From assembly GCF_030144855.1 (NCBI RefSeq), contig NC_082709.1:80538001-80602000 (forward strand): DNA of 64,000 nucleotides, read 5' to 3'. The notes under the pieces are model-generated. The model did no database searches. It was given only the letters and a program-made list of their open reading frames with translations, and was not told the DNA's origin. The stretch is from Hypanus sabinus (lineage: Eukaryota). Shown here in pieces: positions 11,788-24,495 of the stretch. Numbering within the stretch: the first letter of the stretch is position 1; every line of letters begins with the position of its first letter. The position numbers were made by a program, and so were the translations under genes.

Positions 11788-14700
11788 ATGGCATTGGGCC
11801 GTGTTTGGAGAGTTTGCAGTGTGTGGCTGTTGTTGACCGTGACCCCGACCCTGGGCTGTGAGAGGTTACAGTTACTGCAAGTTCTCAACAGAGAGACTCT
11901 GGGCGAGCTGAATGAAATGGTGAGTTGAACCCGCTCCCAGAGACCGGTCCTGACAGTCCCCGGCTGTTTGCTGTTACCAATCAGGTGATTTCAAAGAGTC
12001 TGTTGTCCGGTGTTTCTGTGTGTGGGGATTGTCAGTAACGTTGATATCTTCTGTCTCAGGGTGGCCGCCTCCCTCGACACTGTGCGACTGAGAGGCTGTC
12101 GTTGAAAACCAAGCCCTTGGAGCTGGTGAAACTTTCGGCGGAGGTTCCTGTGAGTAATCTCTGCATTTTACTTTAATATTATTTATTCAAAACATTAATG
12201 TAAATATTGTGAAAAATCTGATCTGAACTCTAACCGGAGAATGGGCAACAGCAGAATATTGTTTCATTAGCTCTGTGCGCGTCACCTACTTAGAATCACT
12301 ATCACTGACTCCGAAGAGCCCATGCATACCGAAAAGATCTCACTTTAGTGATCACCCTCCTCTCATCTCTCTCTCTATCCCACTCAGGAGTAGCTCACTC
12401 TCTTGTATCTAATTCTCTTCAGTCATTTCACTTGATCTACTGGGTTTCCACGTCTAAACATATCACTGTCCATGACTCACGCTCCCTCTTTCTTGTTTCA
12501 CTCTCTCGTTATCTCAACCACCCACTGAATTTATATTTTCTGTCTCTATCCCGGAAACCCTCTCATCCCTTCAATCATGCTACCTGTGTCCAGCACAGCT
12601 GACTGCTCTTCTTGATACCTATGCTGCAGTGACAGGTTGTGAGTTTTCCCCTTTCGGAATAGTTACGTTACTCCACATCACTGCTGGTCCATTGAATCAT
12701 GGAGAAGCGGCTGAGGGCAAAAGTGATAGAGGTGTGCAATATTATACGTGGTTCTGTAAATGTAAATATAGGTAGCTGTAAACCTTTCCCCATCGCTTTG
12801 TATATAAAGCCAGCGCTCTAGGTTGAAGGCAGGGATTAACAGGTTTGAATGGAATCCAAGGAAAAAAAAACAATTCCCCTAGTTTGTAGTCAGAATTTGA
12901 AATACAATGCCTATTAGAGTGGCAGGGGCAAAAACTCTCAGAATTTTTGAAGAGTTACTTGGTATTATATAATGTGCCGAGGTAAGTTAAGCTAGTGACC
13001 AAGTTACTACTTGATGGTGCCATGGACGGAGAATGTTGAAGATTGTGTAGATGTAAAGCTGGCTTTATGACTTGCCTCCATTCAAGTTTTGAATGAGGGC
13101 CTTTGCGGGTTAATTGTCATATAGTGCACCCTTGTCAAAGGGCAGCTCTCCCCTTTATATCTCTCCCTTCCCTTAACCTAGCATCTACATTTTCTGTTGT
13201 AGCCTTGTTCTCTCTTTCGTTATGTAGCCTTGTGCCGACTTATTATGCATACTACCGTTTATACTGCTGTCTGAATATATTACGGTTCAAGCTTTTTACA
13301 CGACCCATGTTTCATCAACATTCTTTTCCTCTTCATTTGATTGCACATCTATTGAACATTTATCTTTCCCTCACCATCTCTGTCTTGAGGAGATCTGACC
13401 AAAATTCCCTGCGCTGACTGAATGGCCTTGTATCTTTGACGCTATTCTTGCAGATCAGTTCCACACTCCGTCAATGATTTTGACATTCTGTCGTACATCT
13501 GAGGTTTTACCAATAATAAGTTGACCATTCTTTGTTTAACCTGCAAACTGTGGACTGCAATTCATATAGCCATAAGTCATAGGAACATAACTAGGCCATT
13601 CAGCCCATCTAGTCTGCATCATGATTGACCCCGAATCTCACTCAACCCCATATACCTGCCTTCTCGCCATATCCTTTGATGCCCTGACCAAGCAGGAAAC
13701 TACCAATTTCTGCTTTAAATATACCCACGGACTTGGCCTCCTCCACAGTCTCTGGCAGAGCATTCCACAGAATCACTACTGTCTGGCTAAAAAATTCCCC
13801 TTACATCTGTTCTAAAAGGTCGCCCCTCAATATTAAGGCTGTACCCTCTAGTTCTGGACACCCCCGCCTTAGGATACATCCTCTCCACATCCATCTTATA
13901 TAATCCTTCCAACATTCAGTAGGTTTTGATAAGATCCCCATGCATTCTTCTAAATTCCAGTGAATACAGGCCCAAAGCTGCCAAACGTTCCTCACATGTT
14001 AACCCCTTCATTCCCAGAATTCTCGTGAACCTTCTCTGGACTCTGTCCAATGACAACCATCCTTTCTAAGATATGGAGCCCCAAACTGTTGACAATACTC
14101 GAAGTACAGCCTGATTCGTGTCTTATAAAGCCTCAACATTATCTCCTTGATTTTATATTCTATTCCCCTTGAAATAAGTGCCAACATTGCATTTGCCTTC
14201 TTAACCTGCAAATTAACCTTCTGGGAGTCTTACACAAGGACACCTAAATCCCTTTGCTCCTTTGATGTTTGAATTTTTTCCCCATTTAGATAATAGTCTG
14301 CACTTTTACAAAGCTGCATCATCATACATTTCCCAACACTGTATTCCATCTGTCACATATTTGCCCATTCTTCCAATCTGTCTAAGTCCTGCTGCAATCA
14401 CGTTGCTTCCTCAGCAGTACCGACCCCTCCACTTATCTTCATATCGTCCGCAAACCTTGCCACAATGCCATCAATTCCATTATCTAAATCATTGACAAAC
14501 AATGTGAAAAGCAGCGGTCCCAATACTGACCCCTAAGGAACACCACTGGCAGCCATCCAGAAAATGCCCCCCTGATTCCCACTCGCTGCTTCCTGCTTGT
14601 CAACCATGCCTGTCTCTTTCCTGTAACACTATTGTATCTTATCTTGTTAGGCAGACTCATGTGTGGCATCTTATTAAATGCCTTCTGAAAAATCCAAGTA

Positions 14701-15508
14701 AATTGCATCCACGGCCACTCCCTTGTCCACCCAGCTGGTTACTTCCTCGAAAAACTTTAACAGATCTGTCAGGCAAAATTTCCCTTTACAGAAGGGAGAC
14801 TTATTTTATCATTAGTTGCCAAGTACCCTGAAGCCTCATCCTTATTAATTTAGTCCAACACGTTCCCAACCACAGAGGTTAGGCTAATTGACCTTTACTT
14901 TCCTTTCTTTTGCCATGCTCAACATCTCTCTGATGGCTTATTGCTTGGGGTTGATGTTAGATAAGCATTCTGTTCTAAATCTCAACTTCACTGGAACCAC
15001 GGTCCTTCTAATGTCCCCACGTGTGTTTTGCACAGGCCCAGGACTGGATCTGGATCATCCATCAGACCCTGCATCACCTTCGCAGGATCTACAGTATGAA
15101 CCTGAGCTCAGACAGACGGGTGGAAGACTTCAAGATTCACTTGGATCGGCAGCTCAAAGCACTGGACGTTTGTGTCCGGAAACCAGGCTCAGAGTCCAGA
15201 TCAAGGAAGAATGCTGCAATTCTTAAATATTTTCACGTACTGAGAGAGTTTCTGAAACAGAAGGTGAGTTGGCCAAGATTATTCTCTGTGATTATGAACA
15301 GGTCCATGCAGCTAATTAATATCTGTTCATTAGCTAATATATTGCTTTATTGCTTTTCCTCTTTTAGCGATTCAGTGACTGTGCCTGGGAAAAAACCCAC
15401 GATGAGACCAGGAGACATTTACAACAACTCCGTTTCGTTATGGCAAAAGTCGGTAAAGTTCACCGAAGACTTTCCAGAGATAATATCAAAGAAGGCGAAG
15501 ATTGGTGA
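11788..15508 (+). CDS. Type I interferon precursor, 4 exons (IFN-B), 196 aa
   Basis: Exons 11788-11919, 12060-12149, 15036-15263 (76 codons), 15368-15508 (RFSDCAWEKTHDETRRHLQQLRFVMAKVGKVHRRLSRDNIKEGEDW*). GT-AG phase-0 introns and open frame; net 12-nt in-frame deletion in exon 3 and read-through of the paralogous stop. Confidence 0.88.
13570..14890 (-). mobile_element. CR1-type LINE fragment, IFN-B intron 2
   Basis: FQKAFNKMPH and KKANAMLALISRGIEYK..LYKT peptides. Confidence 0.8.
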
Positions 15509-17004
15509 CTATTTAATTAAAACATTTTATGTGTAAAAGGATATCCAAATGGACTAATATTACATTTTGGAAGGAAAATAAAACAAATTCCAGGGCTATT
15601 TATGAAAACAGAAGATGATGGAAATACTGAATCTGCGTGCAGAGGAAACCTGAGTTTATGTATCGGACCAAATAAAATACTGTCTTAAATGCTCATCAAT
15701 ATGAGCATTTCTTTACGCTAAAGATAACCGTTATTTGTCAAACATAACATCGAAACGTACTTTGAAACGCGTTGTTTGCATCAGCGAAAAACGCTGGGGG
15801 AGTCCGGAGGTGTCGCCGGCGGCAAAATAGCATTCTCACCACTTACTACTCGTTTGTCTTCGGAACGTATATGGAAGGAAACAGGAGTACTCAGAGAAAA
15901 TCCACACGATCATGGGGCGAACATACAAACTCCTTAGAGAGAGCGGTGGAAACGGAACCCCAATCGCTGGTGCTAAATGCTAAGCCTATGCAACCTTAAC
16001 TATTGTTCACGCCCATTCGCCACTACGTGATATGTAGAATACGGTCAGTAATTTTCTATTCTCCTCTGCCCTTGTGTGTTATGTTGAATGTTAAGGCAAT
16101 TTTCATCTGGTGAGTGATGGAGAATAGAGAATGTCTGGATCTATCTTGATATTTATGCACTGATATATTTATTGATGTATTTATTTGATCTACTGTGATG
16201 AGATTTGAATTTGGTGAATGGCCCTGTTTCTGTTCCCAGTGTAACCGATTGACAGTTACTGCAATGCAAGGTTCCATTTCCGGAGAAGCTGCTCTGCGGG
16301 CAGCATTTCACTCTCACTGCCTTTCTTGAGCTTGTTTCGTTGCGGTTGCCAGTAATTACTTCGGTTCCAGTTATTTTTGAACTAATCCAATATAGTTCTC
16401 ATATAAAATGAACTCCGCAGCAATTCATTTTCCATAGTTTTGCATAAAATAAGAATCATAATTTTTTGAGCTTGCTTTTGTAGTATCACTGAGCTCTGTT
16501 AACTTTGTTTTAAAGCAATAGGGTTCAGTATTACCACAAAAAGAATTTTCTTGCCGTGTGTGCTAGCAGGCTAATGATGCTCGACCTCTTTCCTGATCAT
16601 CAATCATGATTACTTACTTCTGTAGCTGATCAACAGCTAGCTGATCAATTCAACTCGACAATCCTGTTGTCATGTTAATGTGAAGATACTTAAATGCGGG
16701 AACAGAGCCCCAAAACGTTGCTAATTTATTGTCTATTTATTGAGAGATATATAATGAAAACTATTTCTAAAAGTGGTAAAATTTATACTGAAGATGTTGA
16801 TGTAAATAAAAGTATTATTTTGAACACTTTTGTCGTGTGATACATCATTATGCCTGCTATTCCTCCTTACCTAGGATCATTTCAAAATTCAAATTTCAAA
16901 GTAGATTTATGATCAAAGTACATATACAACCCCAAGATTCATTTTCTTGCGGGCATAGACAGTAAATTCAGAAAACATAATAGAACCAGTGAAGGACTCC
17001 GTCT

Positions 17005-17408
17005 ACATGAGGAAATCTGCAGATGCTGGAAATTCAAACAACACACACAAAATGCTGATGGAGCACAGCAGGCCAGGCAGCATCTATAGGGAGAAGCACT
17101 GTCGACGTTTCAGGCCGAGACCCTTCGTCAGGACTAACCGAAAGATAGCAAGAGATTTGAAAGTGGGAGGGGGAGGGGGAGATCCGAAATGATAGGAGAA
17201 AACCGGAGGGGATGGGGTGAAGCTAAGAATTGGAAAGGCAATAGGGATACACAGCTGGAGAAGGAAGAGGATCATGGGACAGGAGGCCTAGGGAGAAAGA
17301 AAGGGGCAGGGGAACACCAGAGGGAGATGGAGAGCAGGCAAGGAGGGATTGTAAGAGGGGCAGAGAGAGAGAAAAAAGAGAGAAAAGTAAAAGGGGATAA
17401 TAAGTACG

Positions 17409-17446
<38 letters not shown>

Positions 17447-17905
17447 CACACATACATAAATAAGGGTATGGGTAAGAAGGGGAGGAGGGGCATTAACGGA
17501 AGTTAGAGAAATCAATGTTCATGCCATCAGGTTGTAGGCTACCCAGCCGGTTTATAAGGTGTTGTTCCTCCAACCTGAGTGTGGCTTTATCTTGACAGTA
17601 GAGGAGGCCATGGATAGACATATCAGAATGGGAATGGGACATGGAATTAAAATGTGTGGCCACTGGGAGATCCTGCTTTCTCTGGTGGACCGAGCGTAGG
17701 TGCTCAGCGAAACGGTTTCCCAGCCTGCGTCGGGTCTCACCGATATATAAAAGGCCACACAGGGAGCACCAGGCGCAGTATACCACACCAGCCGACTCAC
17801 AGGTGAAGTGTCACCTCATCTGGAAGGACTGTCTGGGGCACTGAATGGTGGCGAGGGAGGAAGTGCAAGGGCAGGTGTAGCACTTGTTCCGCTTACAAAG
17901 ACTGC
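17005..17905 (-). mobile_element. Penelope-like element (GIY-YIG endonuclease fragment and 3' terminus)
   Basis: ORF 17786-17493 VYCAWCSLCGLLYIGETRRRLGNRFAEHLRS...; internal (GATA)n at 17409-17445. Confidence 0.88.
17098..17136 (-). ncRNA. Minimal type I hammerhead ribozyme motif in a Penelope terminus
   Basis: Minus strand reads TAGTC-CTGACGA-AGGGTCTCGGCCT-GAAAC-GTC-GAC: CUGANGA and GAAA cores, stem II, GUC cleavage triplet. Confidence 0.65.
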
Positions 17906-17957
17906 GTCCAACAAAATGAACAAACAAGCAATGTGCAAAATACAACAAACTGTGCGA

Positions 17958-17997
17958 ATATAATAATAATAATAACAATAACAATAACAACAACAAC

Positions 17998-18028
<31 letters not shown>
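17958..18028. repeat. Compound trinucleotide microsatellite (AAT/AAC/CAT)n
   Basis: Directly visible. Confidence 0.95.
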
Positions 18029-19089
18029 TGAGAGAGGTTTGCAGTCCCCCATCCGGCCCGATGTGGCGGATTTGGGAAAGTTCTGCGGATATGCAGGGCA
18101 AATGAAAAATAAAATACCACCTGCGGACCAAAGCAGAAACTAATCTAGCTACGTCTGTACCCAGACTGGGCCGTGCTTTGGTCAGCCTCTGCACCCCATG
18201 TTAGGGGCGGCTGAAGCCATAAGTATAAAATGCAGTCCCCTTTCATTTTAGAAAGTAGAGCTATCTACGAAATAGAGTGATACGGCCACTGACTGGGGAT
18301 CGTCAGGGCATGCCTGGAGCATGATAGTGCGCAAACCGCTAACGATGCACGGCTGAATAGGTGGGTAGGCACCGGGACATCCGAAAAAGATACTGGCAGC
18401 ATTCAAAGTAGCCCAGGAAAACCCCAGGCTGAGACTGTTGCGAATGTTTCTCAGGGGAGCTGTCCACTTACAACTGAGACCAGTCAGGCAGTTAAGAAAG
18501 ACACGGATGAAATAGTCATTAGAAGTAAACACATTCAGAATGCGTGTATATGACCGAGTTTGCCACGCTGTATGGGTCCTAATGCCCTTCCCTTGGACAA
18601 CATCGGTGGCGTGGAGAGGGGAGACTTGCAACTTGAGCAACTGCCTTTAAAAAACACCTTGCCCAGGCTTGTGCCCTGGAAACTTTCCAAGGCGCAAATC
18701 CATGGTCTATCGAGACTAACGGAGGCCTGCATACTACATATTACCGAGTAATGGAACTTGAAACTGAAATGACAGCATGCAGGGACAGATTTCATCAACA
18801 GTTATAGCGCAATAACCCTTCTTGCGGGTAAATGCACAACGAATAGTAGATCAACGTAGAGCGATAGTAAAAAAAAAATGACTTCATCCCAATCGATACG
18901 TTAAACCAAATAGAACATGAAGTTACCGAAGAGCTGGAAAGAAACCAACCTAAAGTTCTGACGAAGGGTCTCGGCCCGAATAATCGACTGTTTACTCGTT
19001 TCCATAAATGCTGCTTAGCCTAATGAGTTCCTCCAGCATTTGGTCTGTGTTGCAACCGAAAGACCAAAATAATGAAAATGCAAAGCACC

Positions 19090-20245
19090 TGTGACTCTTG
19101 CTCCGGCTAGCGACTTAATATAGGGGATGGTCCGAAACCAATCTGCAAAATTTGCAAAGAAAAATAAGAATTGAAATGTTAAATTTCAGAAAACTCTGTG
19201 TACACTCAAATGCTTAGAACAGAATGAGGAAGAGGAGTTACAAGCATTTAAAAATTACACAACAGTCAGATAAAATTTCTAAGGATATATTTTCATCAAC
19301 GAAAACACGATTGAACACTCCAGGCGAGCGTGTGCAATTCTGGTAAGGAGTACCCACCACTAAACTTAAACGAAAGCACAACCCAGGAAAAATGAAGTAA
19401 CTATCACTATTGAAGAAAACGTTAACCAAAGGAAGAGTATGACCCGGATGGAAGACCTTCCCTCGATCTGAGCATACAGGATGTTGACAAGGAAGTGTCG
19501 TAGGAGATACCTCTTCCCAGAAACAGAAGGGTACCATGTGATAATACAGGACCAGGTGGTTAACACTAAAAATAATCGAAAATACGTAATAAAAGTCTAA
19601 CAAAAGACCCAACAAACTCAAGGCGATATATCAGAAAATGCCAGTAGAAACCAGAAATAATCCAAGACATTACAAGATCCTGCAACAGTTTAACTCAATC
19701 TGATGATTTACACAGGCACAATCAGGAGGGAAATATCATTCCATCAAAATCTTGCTTTAAAATACGAACTTATAAAAAGAAACCATGCCTTAATATAAAT
19801 ACGAGCCAGATCCAGCTTTAGAGTCAGAGTCCCATAAATTATATTCCACTGAACGGTTATTGCAGATAGAATTATCCATAATAAGCGTCCAGATATAATA
19901 ATCTGCAAGAACAACTCACTTAATAGATGCAGTCATTCTAAGCACTCATAACATACAGAGATCAGTAAGTGAAAAGTGAATTAAAAGAGGAAATTGGGAG
20001 ACTTTGGAATATGAACAGATTGGACATCGTCCTGATAGTAATATCTACAACTGGCATCATCCCAAAATTACTATGGCCTACACAGTGATAGTTATGTAAG
20101 TCTCCAAAAGCCACATACTAAGCACCTCTAGAACAGTACGAAAGTTACTAGCAATTGAGAAATGAGTGTGTTTACCTATGCCCATAGCTTGAGTTTTACC
20201 AGCCTAAGCTGAGAAGAAAAGCTTAAAAATGAATAATAATAATAA
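19090..20245 (+). mobile_element. R4/Dong-like (RLE-type) non-LTR retrotransposon remnant
   Basis: Degenerate translation shows LHRHNQ..NII.QNLALKY, IHNKRPDII, LIDAVI motifs of the restriction-like endonuclease region; ends in (AAT)n. Confidence 0.6.
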
Positions 20246-22319
20246 CTTTACCCGAATAGCCTCTACAAATAGTGGCCATGGATTCAGAGCATAGGTCTGA
20301 AGTGCACCAGAACTTGAGGTTTTTCAAATACTCATACGGTGGCGGGGCCGGGTTACAATTTTTTTTACATTCGAATTATACAAAGACCACTGACTCCTCC
20401 AGGCCATAGACATTTAGGTAAGAGGTGGTGTTTTGAAAGGAGATATGTGGAAACAATGTAAACCCAGAACTTCCTACCCAGCCTCAGAAATGACCCAGAT
20501 CCGCCCCAGTTTATTTAATGCCTCAACGGGCCAACATCAGGTGTGGTCACTCTACTGTGGACCATCGGCACAACATGGACACATACTCCAGGCTGCCGTT
20601 TATCAATTAAAACTTGGGATTTCAACACAAAAACCCCGCCATGGCATGGACGGCCCCAAGCCCAACTGTGAAAGGACGGGTTTGAGGCATGAGGCAGCAA
20701 CTCTATCCCTCAAAAACCCAGTGCTACAGAAACGCCAACAGAAGCTCTAAAGGCCTCATCTGTGGGAGAGGATGGGCTACACTCGGAGACAACGTGAATG
20801 GCTGACTCGGAACAGAGGACTCTGGCGAGCTACTGTCGGTGGCCTATTCCCTCGTAGGAATGATGGGGTTAAGCATAATCTATATCATCCCATCGAAACT
20901 CATCATCAGACTTGAGGACATGGGCCTTCCTGGTCCGTAACTGCCTCCGGAATTAAATACTCGCCTTCTTCATTGTAAACTTCAATCAGTGAGGATTAGC
21001 AATAGCATCTCTCTTCGCCGATCATCAACGCAGTTACACTCGCAGGCTGCTCTATTGTCTATACACATTCACTGTGTGGCTAAGCACAGCTTCAACACTA
21101 ACTTCACATGCACCGACAACGTCACTGTTGCTGGATGAATAACAGATAGAGCTGAGTCAACTTACTGGAGAAAGTTCATCGCCCGTTTGAGTGGTATCTC
21201 AAGATCAACCATTCGCTCAACGTCAGCAAATATAAAGAGCTGTTTATTGCCTTCAGCAAGATTGAGGAGGGCAAACCTATACCACTGTACATTGGGGGAT
21301 CTACAGTGAAATTTCGTGGACGTTAACATATCGGATAACTTGCCATAGCCCAACACACGTAAAACCGGAATTTTACCGGCGTCTCTAGAGACGCGGCTCG
21401 TTAGCCCCTCGCTAACAGCCGCTGGACGCAGCGGTGAGAAAACCACTTTTCTCGAACTCCGTATGTCTAGGGTCAATATGACTTGGGTCCCAGCAAAATC
21501 GGGAGGTTGCGATATGTCGACATCCGAACCCCGATCTGTGCGAATACTGGGTAAATACCGCTCCTGTGCAATTTGCCGTGGGCAAGAAACAACAGATGGG
21601 ACATTGCATACAGTGATAAAGAAATTACATTTACAAATTGAAGCTTTATCGAACGGTTAGTAGGGGAAAGAGAAAAGGAAAAATAAAAAGGATCCATTGC
21701 ATTTAACACATTCCAAATGCGCGCAGAAGTTGGAGCTCATCTTGAAGTTGTCTTTAACTCGCGGTCAGAATGAAAGCACGCACCACGCAAATGTGGCTCG
21801 AATTCCATCTCGAACAAACGGGGTCCCCCACGGGTCCATTCTCCTTTCATCTGCACAAAGTACCTTGTGCCAGCGGCATCCGTAGCCTGGTTGGCTGACG
21901 GAACGTTCCTGGGTTGAACAACGTCTCCTCTTCTTTACCTCATACGCAAACATGCCGAAAGCAGAACAGATTGCTCTTACAGAACAGCTAACATGAAATA
22001 CCTACAACAGAGCAGCAGCAATCTTCATCAGGGCTTTACATGTCGACGTAACCGCAAGGAAGGCACGCTAGCATCTTCATTTTCTTACCAGTTTAAGAAG
22101 GTTCGGCTTGTCACCGAACAGTCTAACAGACGTGTGCGCATGTGCTGTTGAAAGCTTTCCGCTTCTTGCACCATAATGTGGTTCGGCAGAATTCGGGCGT
22201 GCAGGAGTGTAAGAATCTGTCGGGAGCAGTACCAATGCACCACGGGCACCTTCCTCCACCGCCACCACCATCGAAAATATCTACCTGAGGCATTGGTTCA
22301 AGAAGGCAGCATCAATCGT

Positions 22320-23130
22320 TAATGCTGATAAGTGTGAGGTGCTACCCTTTGGTAGGACTAATCAAAATAGGGCATACATGGTAAATGGTAGGGCATTGAG
22401 GAATGCAGTAGAACACAGTGATCTAGGAATAATGGTGCATAGTTCCCTGAAGGTGGAATCTCATGTGGATAGGGTGGTGAAGAAAACTTTTGTTATGCTG
22501 GCCTTTATAAATCAGAGCATTGAGTATAGGAGTTGGGATGTAATGTTAAAATTGTACAAGGCATTGGTAAGGCTGAATTTGGAGTATTGTGTACAGTTCT
22601 GGTCACCGAATTATAGGAAAGATGTCAACAAAATAGAGAGAGTACAGAGAAGATTTACTAAAATGTTACCTGGGTATCAGCACCGAAGTTACAGGGAAAG
22701 GTGGAACAAGTTAGGTCTTTATTCTTTAGAGCGTAGAAGGCCAAGGTGGGGGGGGGGGACTCGATAGAGGCATTCAAAATTATGAGGGATTATGAGTGTT
22801 GACGTGGATAGGCTTTTTCCATTAGTGGGAGAGATTCAAACAAGAGGACATGAGTTGAGAGTTAAGGGGCAAAAGTTTAGGGGTAGCACGAGGGGGAACT
22901 TCTTTACTCAGAGAGTGGTAGCTGTGTGGAACGAGCTTCCAGTAGAAGTGGTGGAGGCAGGTTCGATTTTGTCATTTGAAAAAAAAAATGGATAGGTATA
23001 TGGACAGGAAAGGAATGGAGGGTTATGGGCTGAGTGCAGGCAGGTGGGACTAGATGAGAGTAAGGGTTCAGCACGGACTAGAAGGGCCGAGATGGCCTGT
23101 TTCCATGCTGTAATTGTTATATGGTTATAA
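22320..23130 (+). mobile_element. CR1-type LINE 3' fragment (young)
   Basis: ORFs 22339-22767 and 22792-22995: LYKALVR.NLEYCVQFWSP.YRKD..KIERVQRRFTKM. Confidence 0.88.
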
Positions 23131-24344
23131 TCGTACAAGGTTGTCACCATCTAGACCATGATATAATTCTACACCTACTATCCAGGAAGAGGTACATAAG
23201 CTTGAAGTCCCACGCAACTAGGTTCCAGGGCAGTTGCATCCCTTCAACTATTCCGTTCCTGAATCAACATGCACAACCATAATCACTCCGGGTTAGTAAC
23301 ACTATAACATCAATATGTTGCAATAAAATGAATATTTTGCCTAATTTTATTCGTTCTTGTAAAAGCTCTGCATAATTTAAGGTTGGTTAAGTTATTGTTT
23401 TGTGAATTACTTTACTTTATTGTCACCAAACAATTGATACTAGAGCTTACAATCATCACAGTGATATTTGTTTCCGCGCTTCGCGCTCCCTGGAGTACAA
23501 ATCGAAATAAATATAATAAAAATTTAAATTATAAATCATAATTGGAAAATAGTAAAGGGAAAGTAAGGTAGTGCAAGTCAGGTCCGGATATTTGGAAGGT
23601 ACGGCCCAGATCCGGGTCAGGATCTGCTCAGCAGTCTTATCAAAGTTGGAAAGATGCTGTTCCCAATCTGGCAATGCAGGTAACATGAAGCTGTGCGCTT
23701 ACGATGCCGCGGCAAACATGCTTTTCATCGTGCCGCAGCATATACATACTTAACATATGACTATAACGAGACTTTGGCCGTGACCCGAGTTGTTTGCAAA
23801 CCCGCCCACTTTCGGATGTGACGAACAGTTACGTTCACCGGATGCTTTCGGTTTGGGTGAAAATACCGGAGAAGCGGCAGGAAAGCAAAGAGATTGGGGT
23901 AGGGTTCGTCTTCCGATCCAGCGTGGAAGAGGCTTAATTTAAAATAAAGAAAACAGAAATGTGGTCTGTGAAAAGAAACACGTACAACAAACTTTCTCTA
24001 CTCAGAGAACACAGAGACTGGCAGGTGTATCCGTGCAGAGGGTCGCCACCGATCGCTATGACCCGGGGCCTCTGCACTGACCACCCTGCAGCGTGGCTTC
24101 GCCGGAGTTGGGGGTGAGTGCAAAAGGAGATTTTAACAAAATCTGTCTGTGGATCCGAAGGTCAGCGCTGAAAGGCGCAGAGTTACTGTAAACCTGATAA
24201 AATGCAGTCCCCACCAATGCACGGCCACCGTCACGTCCGCAAAACTACTCTCGGCCCCTGGTAAACCTGACCCTCTCTTCACAACCCCGTTGATCCCCCG
24301 ATCTGAACGCACCAAGATCCTGAGCGCTGTTGCTCTCCCCGCTG

Positions 24345-24495
24345 GCGGATTTTCCCGTCGCTGCAGCTGGACTCTCCCGCTTTCGGATTCCTTACTTCAG
24401 AGCGGAGAGCGCTCTCTCCCGACAGGCTCCCAAATATTCCGGTCATTTCACTTTTCGAATGTCACCTATTTTCGGATTTTAACATATAAAATCCG
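24345..24495 (+). promoter_or_regulatory. IFN-C proximal promoter
   Basis: Same architecture as A/B: kB-like sites, TTTCACTTTTC 24446-24456, TATAAAA from 24485. Confidence 0.75.

Noticed and set aside
15021-15536. 171-aa single ORF as an intronless interferon
   Set aside because: It is exon 3 read through intron 3 into the wrong frame of exon 4; there is no signal peptide and CAWE appears only after splicing. The same applies to 63192-63542.
18030-18745. GC-richer block, plus similar repeats at 35080-35465 and 50150-50490, as host exons or ncRNA
   Set aside because: Looks like interspersed repeat sequence (35.1 kb and 50.3 kb are copies of each other); no family or structure could be supported by eye.
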